DNA of 63,661 nt, counting the filler, from Neolecta irregularis DAH-3 (Eukaryota), in assembly GCA_001929475.1 (NCBI GenBank). It is 6 parts of 6 records of this genome, joined end to end, with 100 filler letters (N's around TTAATTAATTAA, not from the genome) between each part and the next. Parts side by side here need not be neighbours in the genome. Positions count along the whole stretch, not along the records: positions 19,624 to 37,603 come from LXFE01003971.1; 5 more parts are not named here. The stretch is one strand, 5' to 3'. The notes below the pieces were generated by a model. It was not told where the DNA came from, ran no database searches, and worked only from the letters and a program-made list of their open reading frames with translations. Shown here piece after piece: positions 25,640 to 37,703 of this stretch. Every line of letters starts with the position of its first letter. The first letter of the stretch is position 1. A program made the translations under genes and the position numbers.

Positions 25640-26842
25640 TTAATTCACGAAGTTTCGAGAACAGAATCTAGGGTGAGCACCATTCTCTTTCGGATTAATA
25701 CCGAAAACATGATCCCAAAATTTGCTTGTGACCCCGTAGCCAAGTTCCCAATTTTTATAGTGGTGCGCCAGCTAACTATGAGATGATTTTCGAATGAAAG
25801 ACATACATGATATGTTTTCAAGTTTTTCCAATAAGCGGGAAGACTAACTTTAGTATACTCAGGAGATGTGAATCATACTTGCTATGATGCAAGAAATAAT
25901 GAGTCAAATCGTATCCGATATAGCCAGATATACCACCCGCGAAAATCGCCCACGCAACATGATATGGAAACAAGAAATGAGCTAATTTGACGATCGGCGC
26001 AGCTAAAGCAATAAATAAAGCCGGCGGCATTACAAGTCGCAAACGATCCATTGGAAGAAAATGATGAACACCATGGAGAAGAAAATGGACTGTTAGGTAT
26101 GCCGGGTGGTCCGGCATCATTTCATCTATATGAAAAAGAAATCTAGATTGTATTAGTATGCGCTTCACCAGTAGCCCTACCGATGTAATGAGTATTCAAG
26201 CAACGTCCAAAAGGCAAGTCCACAGACATAGATAACTAAAAAAGACGAAAAAGACAATCCATGACACGCTTCGTAACCTGCGCGGAGAACACAGGGGATC
26301 CAGATGATCGGCACGACCCACCACGGCGTTTTACTCAACGGTTCCATCCAGGCATATGGCATCAATGGAGCACTCAAACCCCCTGCGATATGCCTTGGCC
26401 GATGGACTTGGGCCAAGTAGAACTCTTTTGAGAAATTAGAATTCCAGATCTGCGGAAGCAAAGGTCGCTCGAGATCCAGAAACCGGTGTCGCGAAAAGTC
26501 CTTCTTTGGATCTGTGGCCACGGAGAGATCCTCCTCGCACGAGAGGCCTGTTGCCTCATACAAGGGCTTTTTTGATACTTGCTCATCTTCACTCAACAAC
26601 CCGACGATGTACTCTTCCAGTACTTCGTATGCAGAGTCACTGTGGATATGGCTGGACCCCTCCTTCATGATCTCCTGCACGTCTTTGCAGTTGTATTTTT
26701 GGATGATTTCGCCTCCCCCGGGATGGTCCCGCAGAAAGTCGGTAACATCGTAGACGCGTCTATTGATCTTCACAATGGTCCTGCGCTGGGCCAAAATCTG
26801 TATATCCGGGGCACTGAGAAAAGAAAGGGCAAGCGAAGGCAT
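25640..26842 (-). CDS. SCS7: Sphingolipid fatty-acid 2-hydroxylase (cytochrome b5 + His boxes)
   Basis: VYDVTDFLRDHPGG, EYSLHR, LHGVHHFLPMDRLRLVMPP, HYFLHH, GVTSKFWD. Confidence 0.95.
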
Positions 26843-27144
26843 GGGATGGTGATAGGCGAATATGCAAGTCGGAGATAAGTAAGGAGCGTGGCAGCGCAGG
26901 TTCCTCGACGGGTTCGCGGAGAATAGGGGAAGCGATCTCGTCGTAGTTGGATTCGAGAGACCTGCGTAGCTTCTATATCCTAAAATAGAAAAGGAGAAGA
27001 GTGCGTTTTCTACTCCACGAGCCTGTGTCAGGTAGCAATGGACTAGGGAAGATGATGTGCGGGGCAGGTATGAATAAATAACGCCGGTGGGTATCTGCAC
27101 GTGACTTTACACTTAGATAATATTTTTGCCAAGATGACACCAAA

Positions 27145-28280
27145 ATGGCCATCCGCCAGAAACTTAAAACTCTGGCCAAATGCAAAGGAGAAAGCTCGTC
27201 TTCGGACAGCCAGCCGCAAGTCGAGAATATTGAGGAATCGTCGCCCAAAAAGATTACAAAGATCACACACACGGAACCAGAACTCGTTGTGGATGTCGAG
27301 AAACCTACTCCTTTGTCAAAGAAAGAACTTCGCAGAAAAAAGAAACACGATGCTGGAGGCCAGACGAGTGCAACTGATGAAGGGACAGTCGATCAGCAGC
27401 CAACAGAATCGAATCGCTCACCTTACGCAATATGGATCGGGAATCTACATTTCAGAACAACCAAAGAAATGTTGCGAGATTTCTTGGTACGCGAATCAAT
27501 CATTGGTGATATTCCGGGAACCCCTCGCATTACGGAAAAAGATATACTTCGAATACATCTTCCAATGAACTCCAAGACTGAGAGCAAAGGGTACAGGATA
27601 ATTTCGAGTACGTTCTAATCACCAGTTTCGCCTATATCGATCTTTTATCAGAAAAACATGTCCAATACGCAATAGAGTTGTCAGAGAAAGCTCTTACTGG
27701 TCGTCGTGTGCTGATAAAGTCATCAGACAACTTTGAAGGCCGCCCCGAAAAATCAAAAGAACAGACAAAAGGTCCCCCTCCCAGCCGAGTCCTCTTTGTG
27801 GGCAATCTTCCTTTTGACACGTCTGAAGAGTCACTTCAAAAGCATTTTTCATCGGCCGGAGAGATTTCCCGGGTCAGGTTGATGACCTTTGAGGATACTG
27901 GTTTGTGCAAAGGATTTGCATTTATCGACTTCAAAGAAGCATCAAGTTCAGAAAAAGCAATGAAAAAGAAACGCGAGTTTGGATTCCTCAAAGGCAGAAG
28001 ACTAAGAATGGAATACGGTGAAGACCGGAGTACGAAACGAAAGCGCCCGGTAAACGAAGATGATAACGAGAAAGTTGATGAGGGAGACGGACATCAAGCC
28101 GAACCAATACAGACAGAACCGGAGAAAGCCAGGAAACTTAAACCTCGTCCGATGCATAAAGTTCAAAAAACTATTTCCAAGGTCGACCCAAGAGATATCA
28201 AACCCGGTGCAGCTTTAGCATCTGCTCATAGAGCTAAAACAGGAATTGTACCGTCACAAGGTAAGAAAGTAAAATTTTGA
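27145..28280 (+). CDS. NOP13: Nucleolar two-RRM protein (Nop13/Rnp24-like)
   Basis: IWIGNL, LFVGNLPFD, RLMTFEDTGLCKGFAFIDF, C-terminal PGAALA..GKKVKF. Confidence 0.8.
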
Positions 28281-28399
28281 TGGAGCGGAGGCAGTGTACA
28301 TACATTTCTTAGAATAAACCTTCCTATGCTCCAAACCAGACTTGACAAAATGAGTTATCATATTTCGAGCCTGAATGTCGATCATACACTAAAATAAAT

Positions 28400-30381
28400 T
28401 TATGGACCAATTCCCCTGGAGAGCGCAGATAGCTTCTCAATCAGCTCGGGATATTTTCGCCCAACAGCGAGTTGCGTTGAGGCAGCCTGATAGTTAGAAT
28501 ATAGATATACATCAAGCGGACCTCGGCGTATGATATGGCATTGATCAATTCAGCTTCGGTTCGAGCCAATTCTGCACTTCTCTCAAAATACTTTTCAGCG
28601 TCTGCAGTATTCCCTTGTTGCAGACATAGTTGAGCAAGCGTATTCACTGCAACATCGCAATCTTCGTCAACTATTGTAAGCTGAATATTAAGATGTGACT
28701 CTACGTATCAAAGCCTTTTTGCACAATGCCTCTGCTTCAACATGATCTTTCTTGGACGAATAGATCGCCATGGCCTTGTTGATCAGTGGTAGGACGTTCA
28801 TCGTTATCGGAGCAGAGCTTCGCTCGAGATCAATCGCAGTGTTGAATTTATCTATAGCTTCGTCGTACTTTTGTTCGTCCATGAGAATTTCGCCATAATA
28901 ATTGTAAACTTCTGCGGATTTGGGGTGCGACTTGATAGTCCGTCTAAAAGTTGCTTTCGCCTGTCCAGAATCACCTCGCTTGTATTGCGCAACCGCCAGC
29001 TGAATATGTGCGAGTACGAATGAACTGTCAAGCTCAATGGATTTGCTATAATCACTGATTGCTTCTTCAAATTCTCCTAGAATGAATTCCACTTGACCAC
29101 GATGATAGTATATGTCTGGATCATTCGAATTAAGTTCGATAGCTTTGGAAAAATCATGCATAGCGGCATCCCGGTTTCCTTTTACGTCAGTAGAGAATTA
29201 TCAAGTATAATACCTTGCTCGAGCTGTATACTCGCGCGTTTGACATACGTCGAACTTGAAGGCTCAATTTCCAAGCTTTTCTCAAAATGCTCCAGAGCTT
29301 GTTCTGTGTTTCCGGAAATGAATTCAAACGTTCCGAGCCATGACTGCACTTCATTTGCAAAATTCGTTTCCATCTGCTCAGCGCTCTTGAAAGCAACAAA
29401 AGATTCTTCGTGTTTTCTGTCTTTAAGGAATTGAAATGCTGCATGGACTCGCAAATTACCGGTTGATGCGTTATCAGAGATGTCAGGAATAGAAATCTCC
29501 CGGAAAGAATCCATATACGCATTGATAAACGTTGGGCTGGGTAATTTTGCTTCGCGCGACTGTTTTCGTCAGTCTGTAAGTATGAGTGTTCTTACCGCCA
29601 GCATTTCTTTTGCCCGTTCTTCTGCAATTTTCTTGAGAAGACGTTCAATGGAAGCAGAAGCGAACTCTGTTGAGAAATTTTCCATGATACAAGCGGCAGT
29701 ATAATCAACCAAACTGTCTTTAAGTTGTTCAGAGGCTTCATATGCAGCAGCTCTTCTCTTTATAGCCTTGACATAACCACTATCGAGATTCAAAGCAGCA
29801 GTAGTGTCTTCGATAACTTTATCATTTTTCTGTTGCGCTGTATAACAAGCAGCTCTGTTGCTGTAAAATACGGCTTGGGGCTGACATTGGATCGCCTTAG
29901 TATAGTAGGTGATTGCAATGTCGAAATCATTTTGCGAATAGGCTTTATTCCCTTCTGTCTTGAGTGTTAGAGCAGCTTTCTTCCGCTCCTGAGGTGTCAA
30001 TTAACATCGAATAAAGGAATATACTTCAGGGGTCATATTTTCAATAGCCTCATCCGTGATTTCTGATTCTAAAGGAGATTTTCTTTCAGTCGGTGAAAGT
30101 TTTTCTGGTATTTCTTCCTGCAGAGTAGAAGGCGACTTTTCCAATGGCGATTTCTTTTCCTTCTTCTTTTTCTTCTTCTTGAGAGGCTCGTCAGCGCCTC
30201 CCAGCCTCTTTGACCGAGTCGACACCAGATATGCGCCAACACCCCCGATTACCAGTAGAGTGGACGCCGATATAATGACGACTTTGCGGTTCTCGGCGGC
30301 CCATGAAGATATCTGCGACCATAACGAAGATGATGCGGGGATCGGAAGTACTGAGACTTGGGGTATAGGATCTGCAGACAT
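28400..30381 (-). CDS. TOM70: Mitochondrial import receptor Tom70 (TPR)
   Basis: N-terminal anchor, [45 protein letters not shown]. Confidence 0.95.
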
Positions 30382-30695
30382 TTGAGAAGATAGGGTGGGC
30401 TGAAAGAGGTGGTGAGATCGGATGAGCCAATTTGCGGTTTCAAAATTTCACATTCCTCGCAACAATCTTCCGAGTTTTACAATCCGCTGTCGCTGTGTAC
30501 GAGCATATCTCGCTGGAATTTGGATGATTACATTTGTGCATATATGGACGCTTTTCATTATTCGATACTGGTCAACTCATAATGTAGACTAGATTCACTC
30601 TCGAGGGTCTGTATTGCATCGGAACAGATATAAAAAGAACAGTAATGCACAGGTATATTTTCGATTTCATAGCAATTCGCATCTTACGCGTTGGA

Positions 30696-30967
30696 TTATC
30701 TTTCCCCACTTGCCGTCTCTCTGTATATCGTTAGACAAAGGATGTAGCTGTAGTCACAACCTAGAGCTTTCCTCCAGTTTTTGGTAGAATGAATCTCGTC
30801 TCTGGACCGCGGGAATATGATATCCATACCAGAAAGCGTAACTCGCACCAATTCCAAGGCCAAAGGCAACAGAAATATCCTACAAATTTCAAGTCAGAGA
30901 CTCTCTTTGGGTTATATACCATGATCAGTCGCTTTCTGAGAATTCCTGTGATGGGTTTGATTGTCAT
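30696..30967 (-). CDS. COX9: Cytochrome c oxidase subunit Cox9/VIIa (2 introns)
   Basis: MTIKPITGILRKRLIM/DISVAFGLG..FWYGYHIPAVQRRDSFYQKLEE. Confidence 0.9.
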
Positions 30968-31113
30968 TTTGTTGTTTGAACAGACTCGCGAGTCGTGGGT
31001 GCGATGTCGTTTTGTAGTTTCACTTGCCCCAGTTACACCTCCCACACTGCCACCTGTTATATTCGAACCCTGCTATTCAAACAGCCTGATGCTGGTATGA
31101 GCTCTAGGTATCT

Positions 31114-31907
31114 ATGGGAACTTCTTGGTTTCTCGACTCTCCGACGGGCACAAATTCTCTCCTAGTCGATCGGTCTATTTTTTCTATTCTTCAATCAACA
31201 GGATACGATAGTGCAACTCCAGCTGCGGTAGATCATCTAAGGATCTACTTTGAAGCCTGTTACTCTATTCCCTGAGACTGATATTGATTCTAGATCTCAA
31301 AAGCCTGGCTTCTGACATCCTACATTTCACACACGCCAAGAGACACCGTAAACCGATGCTTGCCGACGTCGCTCTTTCCTTTATCTGCAACCGCATTGGC
31401 ACTGGTGGTCTAGAAACTGAATTAGAGCGTTTAACTGGTCCATTATCTATCCCGGGTAGTTCGTTCATATTGACTCTAATTTAAATGTTAGAAACAATAT
31501 CAGTTGAATCATCGGTCGATGCATTTCTTCCGTCTGCCGAGATAGACCGTCTTCTGGGTTCTTCACTCGATGGGACATCTGATAGGCAGAAATTTATTCC
31601 TACTCATATGCCACAATTCCCCGCAAAACATACATATCTTTCAACTCCAGTGTACTCGAAGCGTCAGACTGCCCCGAGATTCATTCGTGAAAAGGCAACA
31701 GAGCAAGCCAGGCTTGCTGAGGAAGCTTTGCGCAAATTCCTGGTTGCAGATAAATTAGAGGAAGACCTGACGCTAGGAAAAGATAAAGCTTTCGAGACGG
31801 CATGGAAGGAAATGGGATTTGAAGATGAGAAAGTATCTGATGCATTCATGGGATGTGCCAACAGCGAAAAACAATACTGGAGACGACGGAAGCATGTTGG
31901 TGTATAG
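31114..31907 (+). CDS. TAF8: TFIID subunit Taf8 (histone fold + TAF8_C)
   Basis: HAKRHRKPMLADV; FIPTHMPQFPAKHTYLSTPVY..IREKATEQARLAEEALRKF. Confidence 0.88.
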
Positions 31908-31957
31908 CTTTTCTTTGGGCCAGTAATAATATTTGATCTTGAAAAGAGAACATGCAA

Positions 31958-32210
31958 CTAATTGTACGAAGAAACCTCTACTACTCCTCTATTACCCTTG
32001 CATCTATTTCGTCATCATAGTTTTAAGTTGCCACTCTCACATTCTAAAGAAACGTTTCAAAGGCCTGCAAAAAGCGGTGTTTTGGCGTTCGTCCCATTGA
32101 CACACGTACTGAGTGATTTCTCCCACTGGACACCTTTCGTCGAATTGATGGTCCAGATCAAGATTTTTATTCAAAACAGTTGCAGGGAATAGTTTGGTAG
32201 GAGGAGCCAT
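31958..32210 (-). CDS. SOM1: Mitochondrial IMP peptidase subunit Som1 (1 intron)
   Basis: MAPP start; CPVGEITQYVC..CRPLKRFFR/C..VEVS cysteine pattern. Confidence 0.8.
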
Positions 32211-32212
32211 TA

Positions 32213-33323
32213 ATGGCATACGCTCGCACCTTGCTTTCCGAGATCAAGAAAGAAGGTGGGGATGATGTATAAGTTGAAATACTAAAACATATTTTAATCC
32301 CGATAGTTTCTGGCTTCTCTACGAAATGCAAATATAACCGACGAAAAAACATTATTCGATCCCCTTGATGATGCAGTGTTTGATATCAAAAATCGTGGAC
32401 TACAGATCGGAGAGTTTACCGAATTTATGGGCCCCGCTGGATCCGGGAAAACGACTTTACTATATTACCTTGCAATTCGTGCAGTCCTCCCACAAACATG
32501 GAACTTTGGTGTCCTCAATAGTCAGTCTGCTGTACCGATTGGAGGAGCTATGAGCTCTGTCATAGTATTCGACAATGACGGTAAATGGAATATCTCTCGT
32601 TTGCGTGCGTTATTGCGAACCTACATTGAGGAGAAAATAAAAGATGCCAGCTTAAAAGGATTAGAAAGAGAAGAGGTGTGGGAGCCCCCCGCCGAAACCC
32701 ATATTGTGAATCTGGTTAATGAGGGCTTATCGCGATTATACATCTACAAACCCCAGAGTTCGCTTTCCCTTCTCGCCAGTGTTCAGGGTTTATCGGAAAT
32801 GCTTTGTTCGTCGCTGACTCCGATTCCTAGAGTGAAATATGTTTATATCGATAGCATTACAGCTTTCATGTGGCAAGATCGACTTACCTCCCTTGATACC
32901 GGAGAAGACATCCAGCTGCAGATATACAAGAAGGTCGTCAATGAGCTTCGGCAGTTTGCACGTAAATGGAACTCGATCGTTATGGCAACGAATTGGGCCC
33001 TTCCGTCACCGGGAAAAAAACCCAAAGAGTCGAAATACATTGGCAAAACTTCGCTTCACACTCCAACAGATACGCAATTTAAAGATCATGCACCATCCTC
33101 GTGGAGTCAAGCTGTGTCGTTGAGATTTTTTCTCAACCGAAAACCCATAGTTCAGTTTTCCCCTGGAGTCGAAATCACTGAAGCTGAAAATCAGAATCAG
33201 TCAAGGCTAGAGGTTATCCAGCGGGGTATATTTATGGCGGTAGCTGACATGGAGACGATTACTAGTGGTGGAAATAAGCATAACGCATCAAGAAAGGAGT
33301 TTGAATTTATGATAACTGAATAG
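32213..33323 (+). CDS. XRCC2: RAD51 paralog, XRCC2/Rlp1-like
   Basis: Walker A GPAGSGKT, VIVFDNDGKW, Walker B YVYIDSITAFMWQDR; first exon MAYARTLLSEI spliced in frame. Confidence 0.8.
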
Positions 33324-33340
33324 AATTTACTGTATATTCT

Positions 33341-35076
33341 CTATTTGCGACAAAATACCACAACATCTCCTGTTCTCCGAGGATCGTCGTGAAAATGTGA
33401 ATTGAAAAACCTTTGGCACTGTTATAGTCAGCTAGCGGAAGCTGATATAGAGAAATACTTCTTTATAAGTCGAATTATGGAAAAAGGAGGTCATTGTTTC
33501 CTCGAGTGATTGGAAAAATATCAGATGACTCGGCCAGATGAATCTACCATCTCTCGCTCCTTCGAACCCGACTGGCGGGAACTTTGTCTTCAGAAACTTC
33601 AAAGTGTGATCGTAAAATTGATCTGCTTCATCCCGGTAATTCGTGACTTCCTCCGAGGCAACACTCGATATCAGCAGAGTAGATATGAGACAAGTGATAC
33701 CTGAGAGGAGGCTCACAGGTCAGAAACCAAGCATCAATCTGTGGTTTATGTAAGTGACTCTGCCAGGGAGTTGAATGACATGGCATCAGAAATCCCACAC
33801 TCTCCACCTTTGGCTCTGTCCGCAAATAATCCATTACGTCGATCACTCCGCGTTGATGGACCTGAGAAAAATAGTATGCTATCGTAATATTGGTCAAAAT
33901 CAACCAAAATATCGCCAATTTCCTTGAAAATGAGGTTAAAGACGAGATTGTTTTGGCTGAATAAAGGAGGAATATCGGAGAAAGCGGATAGATAAATCGT
34001 ACCTCCTTATGCGAAACAAAGGAATAGCATGCCAGCACAAATACAACCGTACTAGCTAATATCGAACGTCGTTGTTGAAACCAGCCATATAGAGCGAACG
34101 GAAGTTGTGATGTCAGAAGAAGTGGTAGACCTAAGGAGAAGTAGTAGTGCCACGGCGATCGACCGTAATGCACCGATAAAGATTTCAAAAGATTAAACCG
34201 GAGAAAATGAATGATGGTGAAGATGGGCCTTTGATAGTACAACGTATCGAGCCCCGCTGTGATAACGCAGGCAACCAGTCTGTATGATTAAACAGGGCAT
34301 CATATGTAATAATACCCCACTATAGCAGTATTAAATACAACTTTTCGCTTTCTTGATGACCGATAGAAAAGGTTGAGACCTAGGGGAAGCCAAAGAAGTC
34401 CATTTGTTGGTCTGAAAATACACGCAACAGCTGCTAGACAAAGCGATATGCGGAAATTACTGTAGGTGAGCAGATGTATTAGCGGTAAATCGGTAGTACT
34501 TTGTATCCGAACGAGTTTTGACAATGGTTTGAGAAGGAAACCCAGGCCAGAAGTAAAGCGCACATGCAGTGATCGTTGTTTCTAATGAATTCGAAAATGT
34601 ACGTGTATAGCAAAACCAATTGAAAGCGGAAATAATGGAACAGAAGAGCTGGTCTGATAAGCATAAGAATCTTTCAAGGGCAACTACAGATAACCTTCCT
34701 ACGGGGTGGCCGAATAACTTTGTCCCCAGTTTGAAAGTCATAAAGTCGCCAAAGGCTGCGAACCCACTTTGTAAAATCTTGGGTGCAAGAACCTCTCGCT
34801 TTCAGAACCTTTCTATCACAGACAACATACGACATACTGCTCTTGTTCAAACAATTGAAGGAGTTTGTACGGCAGAGCAAAAACTAAAGGGTGGGCAATA
34901 CTTCGGATACCTTCTTGCCATTCCCATGTAAGATACCCATATCCGAATACAAGCCTGTGGGCTGGTTCCAGAGCTTGCCAGTATTCGTCTGGTTGAAAGA
35001 ATGTCCGAATCGACAGGCCATTGAAAATCCTGAGGAGCAACAGCGATATTAAGACAAGAAAGTCCGCTCCAAACAT
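33341..35076 (-). CDS. GPI10: GPI mannosyltransferase 3 (PIG-B)
   Basis: TFFQPDEYWQALEPAH, RTFSNSLET, HKEVRFIYPL, FLMPCHSTPWQSHLH, FFNSHFHDD. Confidence 0.95.
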
Positions 35077-35263
35077 TACAGAGGAGAAGCGTAAGCGTCT
35101 AGATCAAAGAAACCCACAATCCGAAAAGGAGCTTCTGTGTATTTTTGGCTTTTTGTTGGTTACCGCAAAAATTAACTTGGAAGAACCCGACTCCCGGTTT
35201 CAACCACATACAATCTCAACATTCACAAATCTGTGATTCTTGTTCACCACCAACGCAGATAAG

Positions 35264-36094
35264 ATGGATCTCCAAGAGTATGGCGGTAAATCCAGAGTCC
35301 TAGATAACCACAAAATGCATCAGGAGCAAAGTCCCGCTCATCATCATCATCACCATCAGCACCGCCCAAAGCGCAAATCAGATATCACTCGGGTGCGGTA
35401 CAAGGTGGTTTTCTTTACGCACGCTAGCTTGCCTTCTGACCCTGGGCTCTAGTCATTTAGGAAGAAATATCATAAAATGCGCATGAGGTTTGATATTGCG
35501 ATCAAGGATGCAGAGGAACTGCAAAAACAAGTCATCTCGGCAAAAGCTCTTGCGAAACGAATAGCTCAAGAAAACGCGTAGGCCTCCTCTCCTTTTTCCT
35601 TTGCAATTCATTAATCGTACAGTCATCTTTTGGATTTACTGGTGGACACCAACGATAAACTGCATACTTCTTCAGAACAATACTATGATGTCGGATCGCC
35701 ACGAGCGAGCACTCCCGAGAATTTTGGCCGACCAAAGACAGAGTTTACGTTACTACCTCCCGGACCAGACGATGAATTGGCTTCGAATGCATCGACACCT
35801 CGGTATTTACGACAACTTTCTCCATTTTTTGGCTTCTCGCCATCTCCCAGCCCGCCTCTAGCTCCCAGCAAAGTATTCCTCGACCAGCCTACTGCACTTA
35901 CATTTCCCGTAGCAGGGAACAAGGTTGCAGAGGGCGACGAGGAGTTACTTGATTCTGCTGGTAAGAGTAAATCGAGCGCCAGAAAAAAACCACCGAGGAA
36001 ACGAAAGGTGGAGGAAGTAGATGACGACATGGGTGCGACGGGGAAATCTTCGGGAAGAAAGAAAAAGAAGAGTACCGGAGGATTAATGGAGTAG
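35264..36094 (+). CDS. IEC3: INO80 complex subunit Iec3-like
   Basis: SFRKKYHKMRMRFD..AKRIAQEN..LLDLLVD; basic C-terminus. Confidence 0.75.
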
Positions 36095-36187
36095 TATGTC
36101 TTCTGTTCAAGTCTTGCCTATGTATATTATAACTTCTAATTTGGCTGCGCCTTTATCAGACGTTCTACCCCACTTCTTTCACGACAA

Positions 36188-37260
36188 ATGACAAACCCCG
36201 CGAGCTACGCGCAATACAACCTTTATGCGATATCGTTCCCTGTTAAGTATATACTTTCAGTTGGAAAGTCATTCGTACAGAACTCACCTGGCTAATACCT
36301 AGAAATCAACAGGCCGCCATTAAATCTCATCAATGAAGAGTACTCTTCGCCCTCCCCTCTCCCACGATCAAATTGCTGATCCCAAGGCTGTGGCGGCAGC
36401 TCGAAAGTATATTTGATCAAACTTCCAAGGACCCAGATGTTCGTGCTGTCGTGTTGACCGCGAAGGGACGTGCATTCACCGCAGGTCTTGATAGTAACCC
36501 TCTGTGCTTGACAGAGTCCAATTAACGCATTTTTCAGTTAAAGAGGTTAACTTGTCGGCTGGCTCAGATCCTTCTCGAACATCTCTCAATCTCTACTCAC
36601 ACATCACAGAATTTCAACGCGCAATTTCGTCGATTTCACGGTGTCGGAAGCCTGTTATCTGTGTGATTCACGGTATTGCGTTTGGCGGAGCTATTGATAT
36701 CGCATGCGCGGCCGACATTCGACTCAGTGTAGCGGATGCACGGTTTAGTGTGAAAGAAGTAGACATTGGATTGGCTGCCGATCTGGGTAGTCTTCAGCGC
36801 ATGCAAAAGATTGTAGGGAATGATAGTTGGGTGCGCGAAGTGAGTTTGACGGCGCGTGAGTTTGGAGCAGAAGAGGCATTTGCGAGAGGCTTTGTAAGTC
36901 GAGTTGCGAAGACGAAGAATGAGGCTATGGGTATGGATATGTGTTTGTTTTCATATTATGCTAACAATACAGACATGGCGATTACTTTGGCAGTTGCAAT
37001 ATCTAGTAAAAGTCCAATCGCTGTACAGGGGACTAAACATTTGATGAATTACTCAAGAGACCATTCTATCTCTGAAGGTGAAAAGGCATAGTCTTGTGGC
37101 TACTGACTGCAAGGCCTTGAATATGCGGCAATCTGGAATAGCGTGCATCTACAGAACAACGTAAGTCCTGAGTCAATTTCAAATATTGACAAGTCAGGAT
37201 GTTTCGGAAGCTATGGTATCGACATTAAATAAACGAAAGCCTACATTTGAAAAGTTGTAA
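36188..37260 (+). CDS. ECH1: Delta3,5-Delta2,4-dienoyl-CoA isomerase (crotonase family)
   Basis: AFTAGLD, KPVICVIHG, FSVKEVDIGLAADLGSLQR, KSPIAVQGTK, ends PTFEKL. Confidence 0.92.
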
Positions 37261-37296
37261 GCTCTCAGATCCTACATGTTCTTAGCACATAAAATA

Positions 37297-37603
37297 TCAA
37301 GATTTTTCGAAAAAGTTTGTGATTTTCGGGGATGTCGCCTCGAATATGATTTTCAGTTTCTTGGTCTTGGACGACGGTGATTTAGACTCTTGATCAGTAT
37401 TTATTGACTTTTGTTTCTCAAGTGTTGAAAGGGAATTCGATGATTTGACAATGCTTATGGTCTTCTGCATCTTTGGTTTTGGTTTGTCAGTGCTCGACTG
37501 ATTTAGACCAGGTGTCTTTCGTTTCGCATGCTGTGGTTTCGCATGAGGAAGTGGAGCATTAGTTTCAGAATTTGTATTTTCAATCTCAGAGCAATCGGGC
37601 TTC
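37297..37603 (-). CDS. 3' end of a gene cut by the gap; Lys/Ser-rich tail ending in a PIP-box-like motif
   Basis: Stop-free frame ending SPKITNFFEKS*. Confidence 0.55.
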
Positions 37604-37703
37604 NNNNNNNNNNNNNNNNNNNNNNNNNNNNNNNNNNNNNNNNNNNNTTAATTAATTAANNNNNNNNNNNNNNNNNNNNNNNNNNNNNNNNNNNNNNNNN
37701 NNN
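37604..37703. other. Artificial contig spacer
   Basis: N run with TTAATTAATTAA. Confidence 0.97.

Noticed and set aside
23248-37260. A functional gene cluster or operon-like system among the core genes
   Set aside because: Neighbouring genes have unrelated housekeeping roles; no biosynthetic or defence cluster is evident
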